Positions 54,292-63,277 of a stretch of 64,000 nt of DNA are shown in pieces. Numbering within the stretch: position 1 is the stretch's first letter; every line of letters starts with the position of its first letter. The notes beneath the pieces are model-generated. The model was given only the letters and a program-made list of their open reading frames with translations, searched no databases and was not told the origin of the DNA. This DNA is from a virus, in the IMG/VR virus record IMGVR_UViG_3300042867_001113, one strand, 5' to 3'. The position numbers and the translations under genes are program-made.

Positions 54292-55050
54292 TCAGTCCTT
54301 CGACGTGTCTGGCATGTCGATGAGATCACCTGCGGTGGCGTTGGACAGGTCGTCCATCTCCCCCGCAAATTCAGGGTTGCGGTCAGATCGTTCCGCGATG
54401 GAGAGCAGCCGCTCGGCGATGGCGAGCACCTTGCGACGGGACTCGGAGCTGTCGAGCACCTTGACCACGCCGGGGTTGTCGGCGTAGCGGGTGGCGACGT
54501 CAGCCATGAGGGTCGCGTCGACGCTCACGGTCCCTAGTTTTCGGTCGTTGATGCCGAGGTCCATCTTCAGTTGGGCAGCAGACGCAAGAATCTCCCGAGC
54601 GGTCCGGATTTCTTGCGTCATCGACGGCAGCAGCTTCTTGATGTTCTGTTCGGTCTTGAAGTCGATGGCGACGCGATCCATCTGGATCTTGTAGAGGCGA
54701 TGCATCTCGTCCAGCTCGTTGAGCCCTGCCTTCACCTCTGCGACCGACTTCTCGAAGACGACATTCAGGGGCCCCGCGCGCTGGGTCGCCGGGATGGACA
54801 TCCGGTACTCCGTGAGGAGGTTGACCAGCGAAGCCGGGGTCATGTTGGTCATCTCGTTACGTTCGTCCTGCACCCACGCAGCCACAATCCGTCCCGAAAC
54901 ACCCTCTTCCACCAGCTTCTTGTGTAGCTCCTTGAAGCACTTGAGGTTCCGCAGCGACGCGAAGTTCGTCGAGCGGCTCACGGGGCGGATCCGACCGCCC
55001 TTCTTCGGCAGAGCGCTCTTTGGCGCCGCGTCCTTTTTGGGTTCGCTCAT
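54292..55050 (-). CDS. putative terminase small subunit
   Basis: Helical, HTH-like N-term, directly upstream of terL. Confidence 0.5.
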   Translation of the reverse strand: MSEPKKDAAPKSALPKKGGRIRPVSRSTNFASLRNLKCFKELHKKLVEEGVSGRIVAAWVQDERNEMTNMTPASLVNLLTEYRMSIPATQRAGPLNVVFEKSVAEVKAGLNELDEMHRLYKIQMDRVAIDFKTEQNIKKLLPSMTQEIRTAREILASAAQLKMDLGINDRKLGTVSVDATLMADVATRYADNPGVVKVLDSSESRRKVLAIAERLLSIAERSDRNPEFAGEMDDLSNATAGDLIDMPDTSKD

Positions 55051-55099
55051 GCAAGTACCCTAACAGGATGGAAGGGCTGTCAACAACGGGCACGTTTCT

Positions 55100-56938
55100 C
55101 TATTTGCTTGCCCACGATTGGCCCCCGCCGACTTCCGCGCGGGTTGGAACGGACGGGAGCATTGGGGCGATGCCTTCGATCATACCGTCGTGCAGCTCCT
55201 GCCGAACGTGAATTTCCAGCTCAGGATCCTCGTCGTGTTCGCAGACAATCTCGTCGTGGACCATATGGACCGGCGCGCACTTCGCTCCCTTGCCGAGAAG
55301 GGGCGTTCGGCCCGCGAGCTTCTTCAGACGGTCGTAGACGTTGCGGATGGCGACCTTGAGGCCGTCGGCCCCAGTGCCTTGGATGGGGCTGTTGTAGAAC
55401 TCGTTGTGCGCCTTCTCATCCTTGATGATGCGTCGGCGACCCCAAGCCGTCCGGGTCTCGCGCTGACGCTTCCCTGAGTCCATCGCCAGCCGATGCCACG
55501 AGTCGATCCCCGCATATGCCTCGAAGAAGCGTCGGCGGAACGTGCGGGCTTGGTTCTCCGTGAACGACACCCCGTAGCCCTGCTTCGCGTACATCACGAG
55601 GCGCGCGGCCTGCATCCCGTAGATGAAGCCGAAGTTGACCGGCTTGGCCTGCTGGCGTTCTGCCTTCACGATCTCCGACTCAGGCTTGCCGGTCACGAGT
55701 GACGCCGTCGCGTAGTGAGCATCGCGGTCGTCTCGGAACACCTTGATGAGCACCGGATCCTTGGAGATCTCGGCAACTATTCGCATCTCGATGTTGCTCC
55801 AATCGCAGATGGCCAAGGTTCTACCGGGCTCGGCCCTGAAGCAGTCTCGAAAGGCACCCCCGCGAGGTACCTGCTGAAGGTTCGGTCCTCGGTTCGCGTA
55901 CCGTCCGGTGTCGGTGAACGGAAAGTACGACGAGTGGATGCGCCCCGAAATCGGGTGGATGTTCTTCAGGTACTCCTCGCCGAACGCCTTCACCGACTGC
56001 GCATACCCTCGGTACTCGATGAACTCCTTGAGGATGGGCCAGCGGTCAGCCTCCATCGCCAGCGTCATCTCCTTGGTGTCCATGAGGGGGACCGTCTTTG
56101 TCAGCCCGGTCTCCGGGTCTTTCCACTTCTGCTTGACACCCAGCATGCAGAGTGACTTGAGAATCTGATCGGGAGAGTCGAGGTTGAAGCTGGCAGGTCC
56201 GAAGAGGCCCAGCTGGTTCGAGGGGTTCGGCAGCTTGGACAGCAGGCTTGCCCGCAGCCGCTCCAGCTGAACCCGGTCCGACGCCGTTCGCGTGAGCCAC
56301 ATATCTTTGTTGAGGAAGAACCCGTTCAGTTCCATGCACGCTTCGGGGAGAACCGCGTTGAACTCCAGCTGCGCGATCTTCACCAGACGCGCATCGACGA
56401 TCTTCTTCTTGAGGACGTCGCGGAGCCGGGGAAGCTTGTCGATGTCGTCTGCGGCGTAGTCGAGCTGCCGCTGTGTCAGCGTCCCATCCCAGTCGGAACC
56501 GCCGAGGTCTTCGACCGTCGCGGCTTCGCCCAGCTCGCGCTTGTAGAGGCTCCACAGGTCATGCTTTAGCCCGGGGAGGCCCGCGTAGATGATGCTCGAC
56601 GCGCGGAAGGTGTCGAACAGCTTCCCAATCTCCAGATCGAAGTGCCAGAGCAGCCACTTCTGGTCGAACTTCATGTTCTGACCGACCGTAACGCCCTTGG
56701 TCCGCCTGAAGGCGTCCACAACGGGCCCCAGCGTCTTCGTCTTGTAGAGGTCGATGATGTAGAGGCCCTGCCCGGTGTTGACCGAGCAAAGGCGCGGACG
56801 GCCCGTCAGAGGGTCGAAGCTGCCGCCACCCCCGATCTTCGCCGTCTCAAGGTCGAGCCCGATGACATCGGCACTCTCAATTTCACGAGCAATAGCGGCG
56901 AGCAAATGCTCATCAGTGACGACGGTGTACGGGCGCAA
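55100..56938 (-). CDS. polA: family A DNA polymerase with 3'-5' exonuclease
   Basis: DLET, N.KFD, YAADD; PNLQQVP; motif A DWSNIEMR, motif B RQQAKPVNFGFIYG, motif C VHDE. Confidence 0.96.
   Translation of the reverse strand: MRPYTVVTDEHLLAAIAREIESADVIGLDLETAKIGGGGSFDPLTGRPRLCSVNTGQGLYIIDLYKTKTLGPVVDAFRRTKGVTVGQNMKFDQKWLLWHFDLEIGKLFDTFRASSIIYAGLPGLKHDLWSLYKRELGEAATVEDLGGSDWDGTLTQRQLDYAADDIDKLPRLRDVLKKKIVDARLVKIAQLEFNAVLPEACMELNGFFLNKDMWLTRTASDRVQLERLRASLLSKLPNPSNQLGLFGPASFNLDSPDQILKSLCMLGVKQKWKDPETGLTKTVPLMDTKEMTLAMEADRWPILKEFIEYRGYAQSVKAFGEEYLKNIHPISGRIHSSYFPFTDTGRYANRGPNLQQVPRGGAFRDCFRAEPGRTLAICDWSNIEMRIVAEISKDPVLIKVFRDDRDAHYATASLVTGKPESEIVKAERQQAKPVNFGFIYGMQAARLVMYAKQGYGVSFTENQARTFRRRFFEAYAGIDSWHRLAMDSGKRQRETRTAWGRRRIIKDEKAHNEFYNSPIQGTGADGLKVAIRNVYDRLKKLAGRTPLLGKGAKCAPVHMVHDEIVCEHDEDPELEIHVRQELHDGMIEGIAPMLPSVPTRAEVGGGQSWASK
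55258..55271. promoter_or_regulatory. GGACCATAYGGNCC site within polA near motif C
   Basis: GGACCATATGGACC. Confidence 0.7.
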
Positions 56939-56995
56939 GTTGTTCTCCCATGAAAGGGCACTGCGCGCTTCGTAACACAGATCTTCGACGGACCG

Positions 56996-58438
56996 TTATC
57001 CCTGCTTTGACTCAGGGACAGCATCGATACCCGGGTCTTCAGTTCCTTCACCCGGCTTGAACGTCGGAGCCGTCTTTGCCAGCTGTTCAGCCTCCCACTT
57101 GGTCGCTGCAGCGTAGAGCGCGAGTAGATCCTCGGCGGTCATCGGCTTCTTCATCGACTCCTCCATCCAGTTCGGGTTGCCGACCGTGTCGTCCCCCGCC
57201 TGAGCAAACATCTGCTTCGGAGCAGTCGGATCCGTCACGTCAACAACAATAGCCGATGAGGCTTCAGGGGCCAGTTCAGCGAACGACGCAGGCAGCTTGA
57301 TGCGGGCGGCTGGGAAGATTTCCGGTTTCACGAAGCGTCCGAAGCGCACCCCTCGGTCTTCGGCCCTGATCCGGACCGCATCCAAGCCTGTCATCTCATC
57401 GGTGTCGCGAACATGGGCGAGAACGAGCTTGACGTCGTAGCCCTTCGATCGAGCCTCCTTGATGACCCCTTTGTAGTAGGCCGTCGACGTCCCCACGCCG
57501 TCAAGCAGGAAGGGGTAGTACTCCCCGGGGCTATCAGGGTCTTCCGACATCGCGAGGTCAATGGCAGTGTCGTTGAGGTTCGATACCTCGCTGTGCGTGA
57601 TGATGGCACCGTTGCGGGACTTCGTCGCCACCGCCGCTTGGTACTCCGGCAGCTTGGTGCGGTGCGCGTCTGCGTCGAGCACGGCCAGTTCGTCAGGGTT
57701 CTCCGCGAGGTAGCGCGCCAACGTGCTCTTTCCGCTGGCAGGGAGGCCCATCGTGATGATGGCTATAGGATTCCGCACACGCCTCTTCCCTTGGAAGATG
57801 CCGTCCAGAATCGTCTTGTGCAGACGCTGGCGCTCTGAAGTCAGGACTCCGTCCGGCGTGGTGTGCGCCTTGAGCGTGTCCGTCGGCAGGTCGGGGTTCG
57901 CGTCAGCCCACTCGGCGCCGCTGGTGAGGTGGAACCACGATCCGTTCGGCATCTTCTTGAACCAAGCGTCCCGCGAGGCCCAGTAGTGAACCGTCCCGAC
58001 AGACGCTTCCTGTCCTCGGGCTTCAAGGACAGCAAGGAATCGGTCGACGTCTTCGGTCTTCTTTGCAGGGTCGTACCTATCCTCGTACCACTCAGGAACA
58101 ACCGTCTGGTGCAGCAGCAGGTACACGTCCCCAGCAGTCTGCACGGAGGGTGCGATCTCCGACGGGACGTCAAACCAGTCCGCGTTCTCGCGGACGTGCT
58201 TCGGGCTGATCGGCCTGAACCGGACCTCATCTCCCGTGTACTCCCACCGAGCACGGACAACGCCGCCACCCTCGTCCACCATGTTTGACAGCTGCATCTC
58301 GAACACAGGCTTCGGAAGATCGGGGTGTGTGTAGAAGACCCAGCGTCCGTCCTCCAGCATCGCAGGAGCGCGAAATAGCGAACCATCAATGTCCGGATTG
58401 GCGCTCTCGACGCCGTAGACGCCTGTAAAACTCAGCAC
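56996..58438 (-). CDS. zeta-toxin-family P-loop kinase with N-terminal extension
   Basis: MGLPASGKST, LDAD.HR..LPEY, HSE.S, LLDG, GY.V.L, R...GRFV.PE. Confidence 0.8.
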   Translation of the reverse strand: MLSFTGVYGVESANPDIDGSLFRAPAMLEDGRWVFYTHPDLPKPVFEMQLSNMVDEGGGVVRARWEYTGDEVRFRPISPKHVRENADWFDVPSEIAPSVQTAGDVYLLLHQTVVPEWYEDRYDPAKKTEDVDRFLAVLEARGQEASVGTVHYWASRDAWFKKMPNGSWFHLTSGAEWADANPDLPTDTLKAHTTPDGVLTSERQRLHKTILDGIFQGKRRVRNPIAIITMGLPASGKSTLARYLAENPDELAVLDADAHRTKLPEYQAAVATKSRNGAIITHSEVSNLNDTAIDLAMSEDPDSPGEYYPFLLDGVGTSTAYYKGVIKEARSKGYDVKLVLAHVRDTDEMTGLDAVRIRAEDRGVRFGRFVKPEIFPAARIKLPASFAELAPEASSAIVVDVTDPTAPKQMFAQAGDDTVGNPNWMEESMKKPMTAEDLLALYAAATKWEAEQLAKTAPTFKPGEGTEDPGIDAVPESKQG

Positions 58439-58439
58439 T

Positions 58440-61400
58440 TCAGTACCCCGCCGGTTTCAGCTGTTTGTCATAGAAGCCACTCGACTCGGTGACGACGAGG
58501 TCTTCGATGGGCATCCCATTGAAGACGGTGATCCCAGCCTCCTTCAACGCAGAAATGACCTCCTGACGTCTCGCAGCGGTTTGCGTTCTCACCTTGAGGA
58601 TCTTGTTGGGGGACCACCCCTGCTTGAACACGACTTCGGCGCGAGAAGCAAATCCGGGCGAGTCGACCGTTTGTCGGGTCGTGAACGCGGGGCTGTGGAC
58701 GTTGCCGTAAGGGTCGCCAGAGTTTCCGGTGAAGATGTCCAGTCGGTCCAGCTCAGAGGGGTCTGCGATGATCTCGATGTCCCCCCATCCGTTCGCCTGC
58801 GTGCCGCTGTTCGCCAACGACTTGGTCACTGGCTTGACGAACAGGTAGTCACCACCGCCGCTGTTCTGATCGGGAGCGTTGTCAGCCGAGGTAGATGTCC
58901 CCTTCGGTTGGAGTCCCGTGTCTTGCCGCCCCATGATGCCGGTCGGCCCTGTGCGGAGCATCTTCACGACGTTCGCCGGGCTGCTGATCGCGTGCGACAT
59001 ATATGCGAAGTCCGGATTGGCTGCTCTGATCCGCGCCAAGCGACCCGGAAGAACAGGCACCGCCGCTCCGAAACCGACCTTCTCCATGCGGATCGAGTTC
59101 ATCTCAGCATCGGAGTACCCGAGCTTCTTGAGTCGATCCGTCAGTATCGCCGAGGTTCGCTGGCTCTCCGGAAGGGCGTCGGCTGCCTGTGGTGCAGCCA
59201 TCCAATAGAGAGCCGACAGCTTCATCGTCTTCTCTTCCTCAGGGGTCGGAGCCTTGAGCACTTTCGACGAAAGGTTGGGCCCGGCCTTGTCCAAGAGCTT
59301 GGCGAAGGCGTCATTCGGGTCTTCACCCGGCTTCGGATACACGTCCGCCCACACGCGGTTCTTCACAGCCCATCGAGGTTCCGACGGTGACCCCATGTGC
59401 ATGATGTTGTTGCCGTCCGTCCACTTCAGGGAGGTGATCTTGTCAGTTTTCCCTTCCGGCCCACCCTTGTGCTCAAGGGAGTCTGTTGCGGCGCTGTAAG
59501 CCGTGCGCTGGTGATTGAACACCGACGGGGCGCCGTCCTTCACGAGAGCGTTGGCCCCTTCGGTGAAGGATTTGCGGAACTTGAAGACGTACCTGTAGAA
59601 GGTCTTGCCCTTCGCGTCGGTCTGACGCTGCACCATGATGGTCTGACCCTCCACAGAGGGACCGTCCGCGATGACGGGTTGTCCGTAGGCGAGCGGCTCC
59701 TTGCGGAAGTCGACGTCGAGGATGTTCCGGTCGAGCACAGCGTTCTTGAGCTGTCCGGCCTTCGGGATGGTCTTCAGGCCTTGGACCTCAGGAGCAGCAG
59801 GGATCGGCTCTTGGAATCCGATCTGCGCGTCTGAACCCTTGGCCTTGGCCCAATCATCTTTGGGGAGGAAAACGACCACCTTCCCGTCTTTGCTGACGGG
59901 CTTCTTCGCCAGAGTGACGCCTGCCTGCTTGAATGACTCCTCGACCTTCTCGACCGTCACGTCTTGCATCTTGATGACGGTGAAGTCGGAGAACGTGTCG
60001 GGCGACCCGTCGGTGACTTTCGGGGGCTTCTCCTTGTAGAAATTCGGACTGCCAGTGCCGAAGAAGGCGGACGCCTTCGACACATTCCACTGGAAGCCGG
60101 GCGCAGGTGCAGCGAATCCCGGCGGGGTGGGCGTTGCTTTGACAGTCGGTGGGGGCGTCGTTTGGGAGACCGTCTCCACACCCACAGCGCCCAATATCCC
60201 CGTCTGCAGAGGGTTGACGACTTCGATCGGCTTCGCTCCCTGCACGACGGCAGGAGGTGGAGGAGTCTTCTTCGGTTCAGCGCCAGCCTCTGACCACCCA
60301 CCTGCAAACGTGAAGGTGCCCTTCTTCTTCGTTCGCTTCGCGTAGAGCCCGCCGATGAACGACTCGAAGTCCTTGCGGATGTTCTGCTTGCGCGCGAGCG
60401 CACGGTCGAGGAACTCCGCGACCTTCTTCGGGTCGTCTTTGAACTTGGCCTCGCTGGCAAACTTTGAGAGAAGTTGCGTGTAGTCACTGTCGCTGATGGC
60501 TTCGATGCGCTCGATCGCACCAGTCATCTCCTTCGGATCGAAGGACATCGAGCCGTCAGCGAACGCCTTCCAAAACTTGTTGTAGTAGGGTTCGTTTTCG
60601 ACTTTGTTCGGGTGGTAGTCGATCGCGAGCTTGTCACCGTCAACCGAATCGGTGGTGCCCGGCAGCATGAACTTGAAGCCCTGCTCCTTGTCGACGGAAA
60701 GCAGAGCCCCGTCCGGGCGACGGACAAAGTTTGCCGCATGCGTGTCGTGCTGCGACATCAACCAGTCGAGAGCGTGCTCCTCAGCGACGTCCTTCCGCTC
60801 ACTGTCCGTCAGAAGCGAAGGGTTCGTCCCTGCAGCGCCGAGAGGCGTGGCACCTGCCATCCAAGGCTGGATCGAGGCAGGGATGCCTTTGTAGCCTTCG
60901 GGGACATTGCCCACAGGAATAGACTTCCCGGGCCGAACGACGCTGGAGACCTGAGAGAACATCTCCTGCGCTGCGATGCGGAAAGGCTCGATCTTCGCCT
61001 TGTTCTTCGACCGGGCCAACTTGACGAGGTACTTCCCGTCCGGACCTGCGAAGAAGAACTTCTCTCCTGCTCCGCCGATACCCGAAGCGGCGCCCTCTGG
61101 AACGAGGGAGCTGATGGACGGCAGTTGTGGCGGCGACAAAACGCTGCCCATGGGCGGGACCGAAAGGCCCCCGAGGTCTTTCTTTTTCTTCTTCGCGACC
61201 TTCGTGGCGAGGGAGTCCTTGCCCGCCTCGAACTCGAACGTGTCGGTCATACCGATGTCACCGCGCTCTTGGTACACGCCGGTGATGAAGGCTTCCAAGT
61301 CCTTCCTGACGTTCTTCTTGCGCTTGAGGATCTCGTCCTTGAGCGTGGTCAGCTCCTTTGCAGAGCCACCCTTGGCGCCGAGGTAGGATCCGAGGTTTGC

Positions 61401-63236
61401 GAGCCAAGCATCATCAGAGATGTCTTCGATCTTCTCGATCGCAGGAAGCATGTCGCCGATCGGAAGGTCGATCTTCTTCTTCTTGAAGAGGTCAAACAGC
61501 GTCCCGTAGATCAAAGGTGACGGGTTCGGCTTGTACGACGTGTCGAGACTGTCCTTGCCAATGAACTTGAGGGACTGATCCTTGTCAATGCCGACGACGT
61601 TCCCGTCGGTCGTGAGCAGGAAGTTCCCCGCCTTCGCGTCGTGGCTGGCGAGAGCCCAATCGAGAACGCGCTCTTGCATCAGGCGAGCGAGCTGTGGGTG
61701 GGTCAACGCGGTCAGGTCGACCTTGCTGAGATCGGTCTTGATGTTCGGGACCATCGGCTGGATAGACCCGGTGCCGACGCCGCTCACGTTCCCGACAACG
61801 ACAGGAACGGCGTTCTCTGCCCCGAAGACCTTGGCAGCGATGTTCGCGTAGGCAGCAGCGGCGAGCGCAGGAGCATCCGCGCCGGGTTTGAAGAGGAAGG
61901 TGTTTCCTGCTGCATCTTTGACGAACTGCTTTGGATGCGCTCCACCCAACGAAGCCTTCGCGTCACCTGCCGAGGAAAGCGTCGCCAACGGAGGGATCGC
62001 AGGCAAGCCCAGACCTCCCGAGGTGATGGGAGCCGTTGGGGTTGCGGTTGGCGTCGGTGAGGCGGGAGCAGGCGAGTCGTACTCGAACGGAGCCGTCGAG
62101 GGCCCCTTGAAAGGGCGGACCACCTTGAACGATTGTCCTACGAGGGCCGAAGTATCGGCAGCGTGAATGCCGTTGAACCACCATTTTCCGCCACTCTTCA
62201 CGAATGTGACCCCTTTGGGGTTCTGAATCGTGATGGCTTCCGGTTGGTTGTTCAGAGCAGCAAGGTCGAGGACCGAGAAGCCGGGTGGTACGATCGCTGC
62301 CGGAGTCGGGGGCGCTGGGGTCGAGGTGACCGGGGGCGGCGGAACCGAAGTCACAGGGGGAGTCGGGGCCGGAACAAGCATCGGCGATGTAGCCATCGGC
62401 TTGAACTTCACGGTGACAATGCCGTCGTCGTCCTCGTCCGCTGTGGCGAGCCCTGCCTTCTTAGCGAGGGCGATGACCTTCTCGAAAGTCAGGTAGTTTT
62501 TGTCGAAGACCTCCTCAGACGCATCTTCGCCGTTCACCTCCGCCACAGCGTCAATCATGTTCCCGAACTCATGCAGCGCAGCCAGTGCCTTGAACTCTTC
62601 CGACCCGGTGGAGAAATTGAGGATCTTCGCCGCGTTCGCGACTTCCGATTTGACGGTGACCACACCCGGAACAGCAAAGCCCAGTGCAGCGGCTTTCTCT
62701 TTCCAGTTTGCGCCGTAGACCTTCAGCAGCGTCGCGGTTACCTGCGGGTTCTTCAGCAGCTTGAGGTCGGTCGCCGGGTCTTGGTTGAACTGGACCGCGT
62801 GGAGGTAGGCATCCAACGGGACAGAGGCGGTGCCGCCGAGTGCAGCCTGCACGTCTGCCTTCGTGACGGGCGTCGGAGCCGACTTCGGGGGGTGCAGTAG
62901 CTCCGTGTCATCCGACGCACCGTCCTTCGTCAGCACGTCCTTCAGGGTTTTGTTTGCGTCCTTCAGGACGAGATCGGTCGCAGCCTTGTAGTGCTTCGGA
63001 ATCGTGCCGATGACTGTGTTGGCCAGCGGGGTTCCGGGCTCAGGATCCACGAGGTCAAAGATGTGCTTCGGGACATTTGGGTGCTTGATATGAACGGGAA
63101 CGAGGCCGAGGCTCTTGTTCCCGTCCTTGTACTTGAAGGCGTAGAGGTACGTCGGCGTAATTCGGAACGCAGAGGCTTCTGCCAGAGCGATGGCTTCAAG
63201 CAGCGACGTCGCCTGCTTCGGACTGGAGTCGGTCAT
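58440..63236 (-). CDS. large polyvalent protein: two PI3/4-kinase/HipA-like domains plus a C-terminal ART-like domain
   Basis: GGAHPK..FK...DW..ASHDAKAGN...IDK; GGAGEK..VK...DW..SQHDTHAAN...VDK; SH..SPAN..ML..G...DYLF...RAEVVF. Confidence 0.75.
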   Translation of the reverse strand: MTDSSPKQATSLLEAIALAEASAFRITPTYLYAFKYKDGNKSLGLVPVHIKHPNVPKHIFDLVDPEPGTPLANTVIGTIPKHYKAATDLVLKDANKTLKDVLTKDGASDDTELLHPPKSAPTPVTKADVQAALGGTASVPLDAYLHAVQFNQDPATDLKLLKNPQVTATLLKVYGANWKEKAAALGFAVPGVVTVKSEVANAAKILNFSTGSEEFKALAALHEFGNMIDAVAEVNGEDASEEVFDKNYLTFEKVIALAKKAGLATADEDDDGIVTVKFKPMATSPMLVPAPTPPVTSVPPPPVTSTPAPPTPAAIVPPGFSVLDLAALNNQPEAITIQNPKGVTFVKSGGKWWFNGIHAADTSALVGQSFKVVRPFKGPSTAPFEYDSPAPASPTPTATPTAPITSGGLGLPAIPPLATLSSAGDAKASLGGAHPKQFVKDAAGNTFLFKPGADAPALAAAAYANIAAKVFGAENAVPVVVGNVSGVGTGSIQPMVPNIKTDLSKVDLTALTHPQLARLMQERVLDWALASHDAKAGNFLLTTDGNVVGIDKDQSLKFIGKDSLDTSYKPNPSPLIYGTLFDLFKKKKIDLPIGDMLPAIEKIEDISDDAWLANLGSYLGAKGGSAKELTTLKDEILKRKKNVRKDLEAFITGVYQERGDIGMTDTFEFEAGKDSLATKVAKKKKKDLGGLSVPPMGSVLSPPQLPSISSLVPEGAASGIGGAGEKFFFAGPDGKYLVKLARSKNKAKIEPFRIAAQEMFSQVSSVVRPGKSIPVGNVPEGYKGIPASIQPWMAGATPLGAAGTNPSLLTDSERKDVAEEHALDWLMSQHDTHAANFVRRPDGALLSVDKEQGFKFMLPGTTDSVDGDKLAIDYHPNKVENEPYYNKFWKAFADGSMSFDPKEMTGAIERIEAISDSDYTQLLSKFASEAKFKDDPKKVAEFLDRALARKQNIRKDFESFIGGLYAKRTKKKGTFTFAGGWSEAGAEPKKTPPPPAVVQGAKPIEVVNPLQTGILGAVGVETVSQTTPPPTVKATPTPPGFAAPAPGFQWNVSKASAFFGTGSPNFYKEKPPKVTDGSPDTFSDFTVIKMQDVTVEKVEESFKQAGVTLAKKPVSKDGKVVVFLPKDDWAKAKGSDAQIGFQEPIPAAPEVQGLKTIPKAGQLKNAVLDRNILDVDFRKEPLAYGQPVIADGPSVEGQTIMVQRQTDAKGKTFYRYVFKFRKSFTEGANALVKDGAPSVFNHQRTAYSAATDSLEHKGGPEGKTDKITSLKWTDGNNIMHMGSPSEPRWAVKNRVWADVYPKPGEDPNDAFAKLLDKAGPNLSSKVLKAPTPEEEKTMKLSALYWMAAPQAADALPESQRTSAILTDRLKKLGYSDAEMNSIRMEKVGFGAAVPVLPGRLARIRAANPDFAYMSHAISSPANVVKMLRTGPTGIMGRQDTGLQPKGTSTSADNAPDQNSGGGDYLFVKPVTKSLANSGTQANGWGDIEIIADPSELDRLDIFTGNSGDPYGNVHSPAFTTRQTVDSPGFASRAEVVFKQGWSPNKILKVRTQTAARRQEVISALKEAGITVFNGMPIEDLVVTESSGFYDKQLKPAGY

Positions 63237-63263
63237 GCGGGCCTCAGACGAACGTGGTGAGCG

Positions 63264-63277
63264 GAACCGTATGGTCC
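63264..63277. promoter_or_regulatory. GGACCATAYGGNCC-like site (1 mismatch), intergenic upstream of the kinase-ART gene
   Basis: Minus strand GGACCATACGGTTC. Confidence 0.65.

Noticed and set aside
55057-55083. TTGACA...TAGGGT promoter upstream of the putative terS
   Set aside because: The spacer is only 15 bp; a leaderless start is possible, but support is too weak to list it as a feature.
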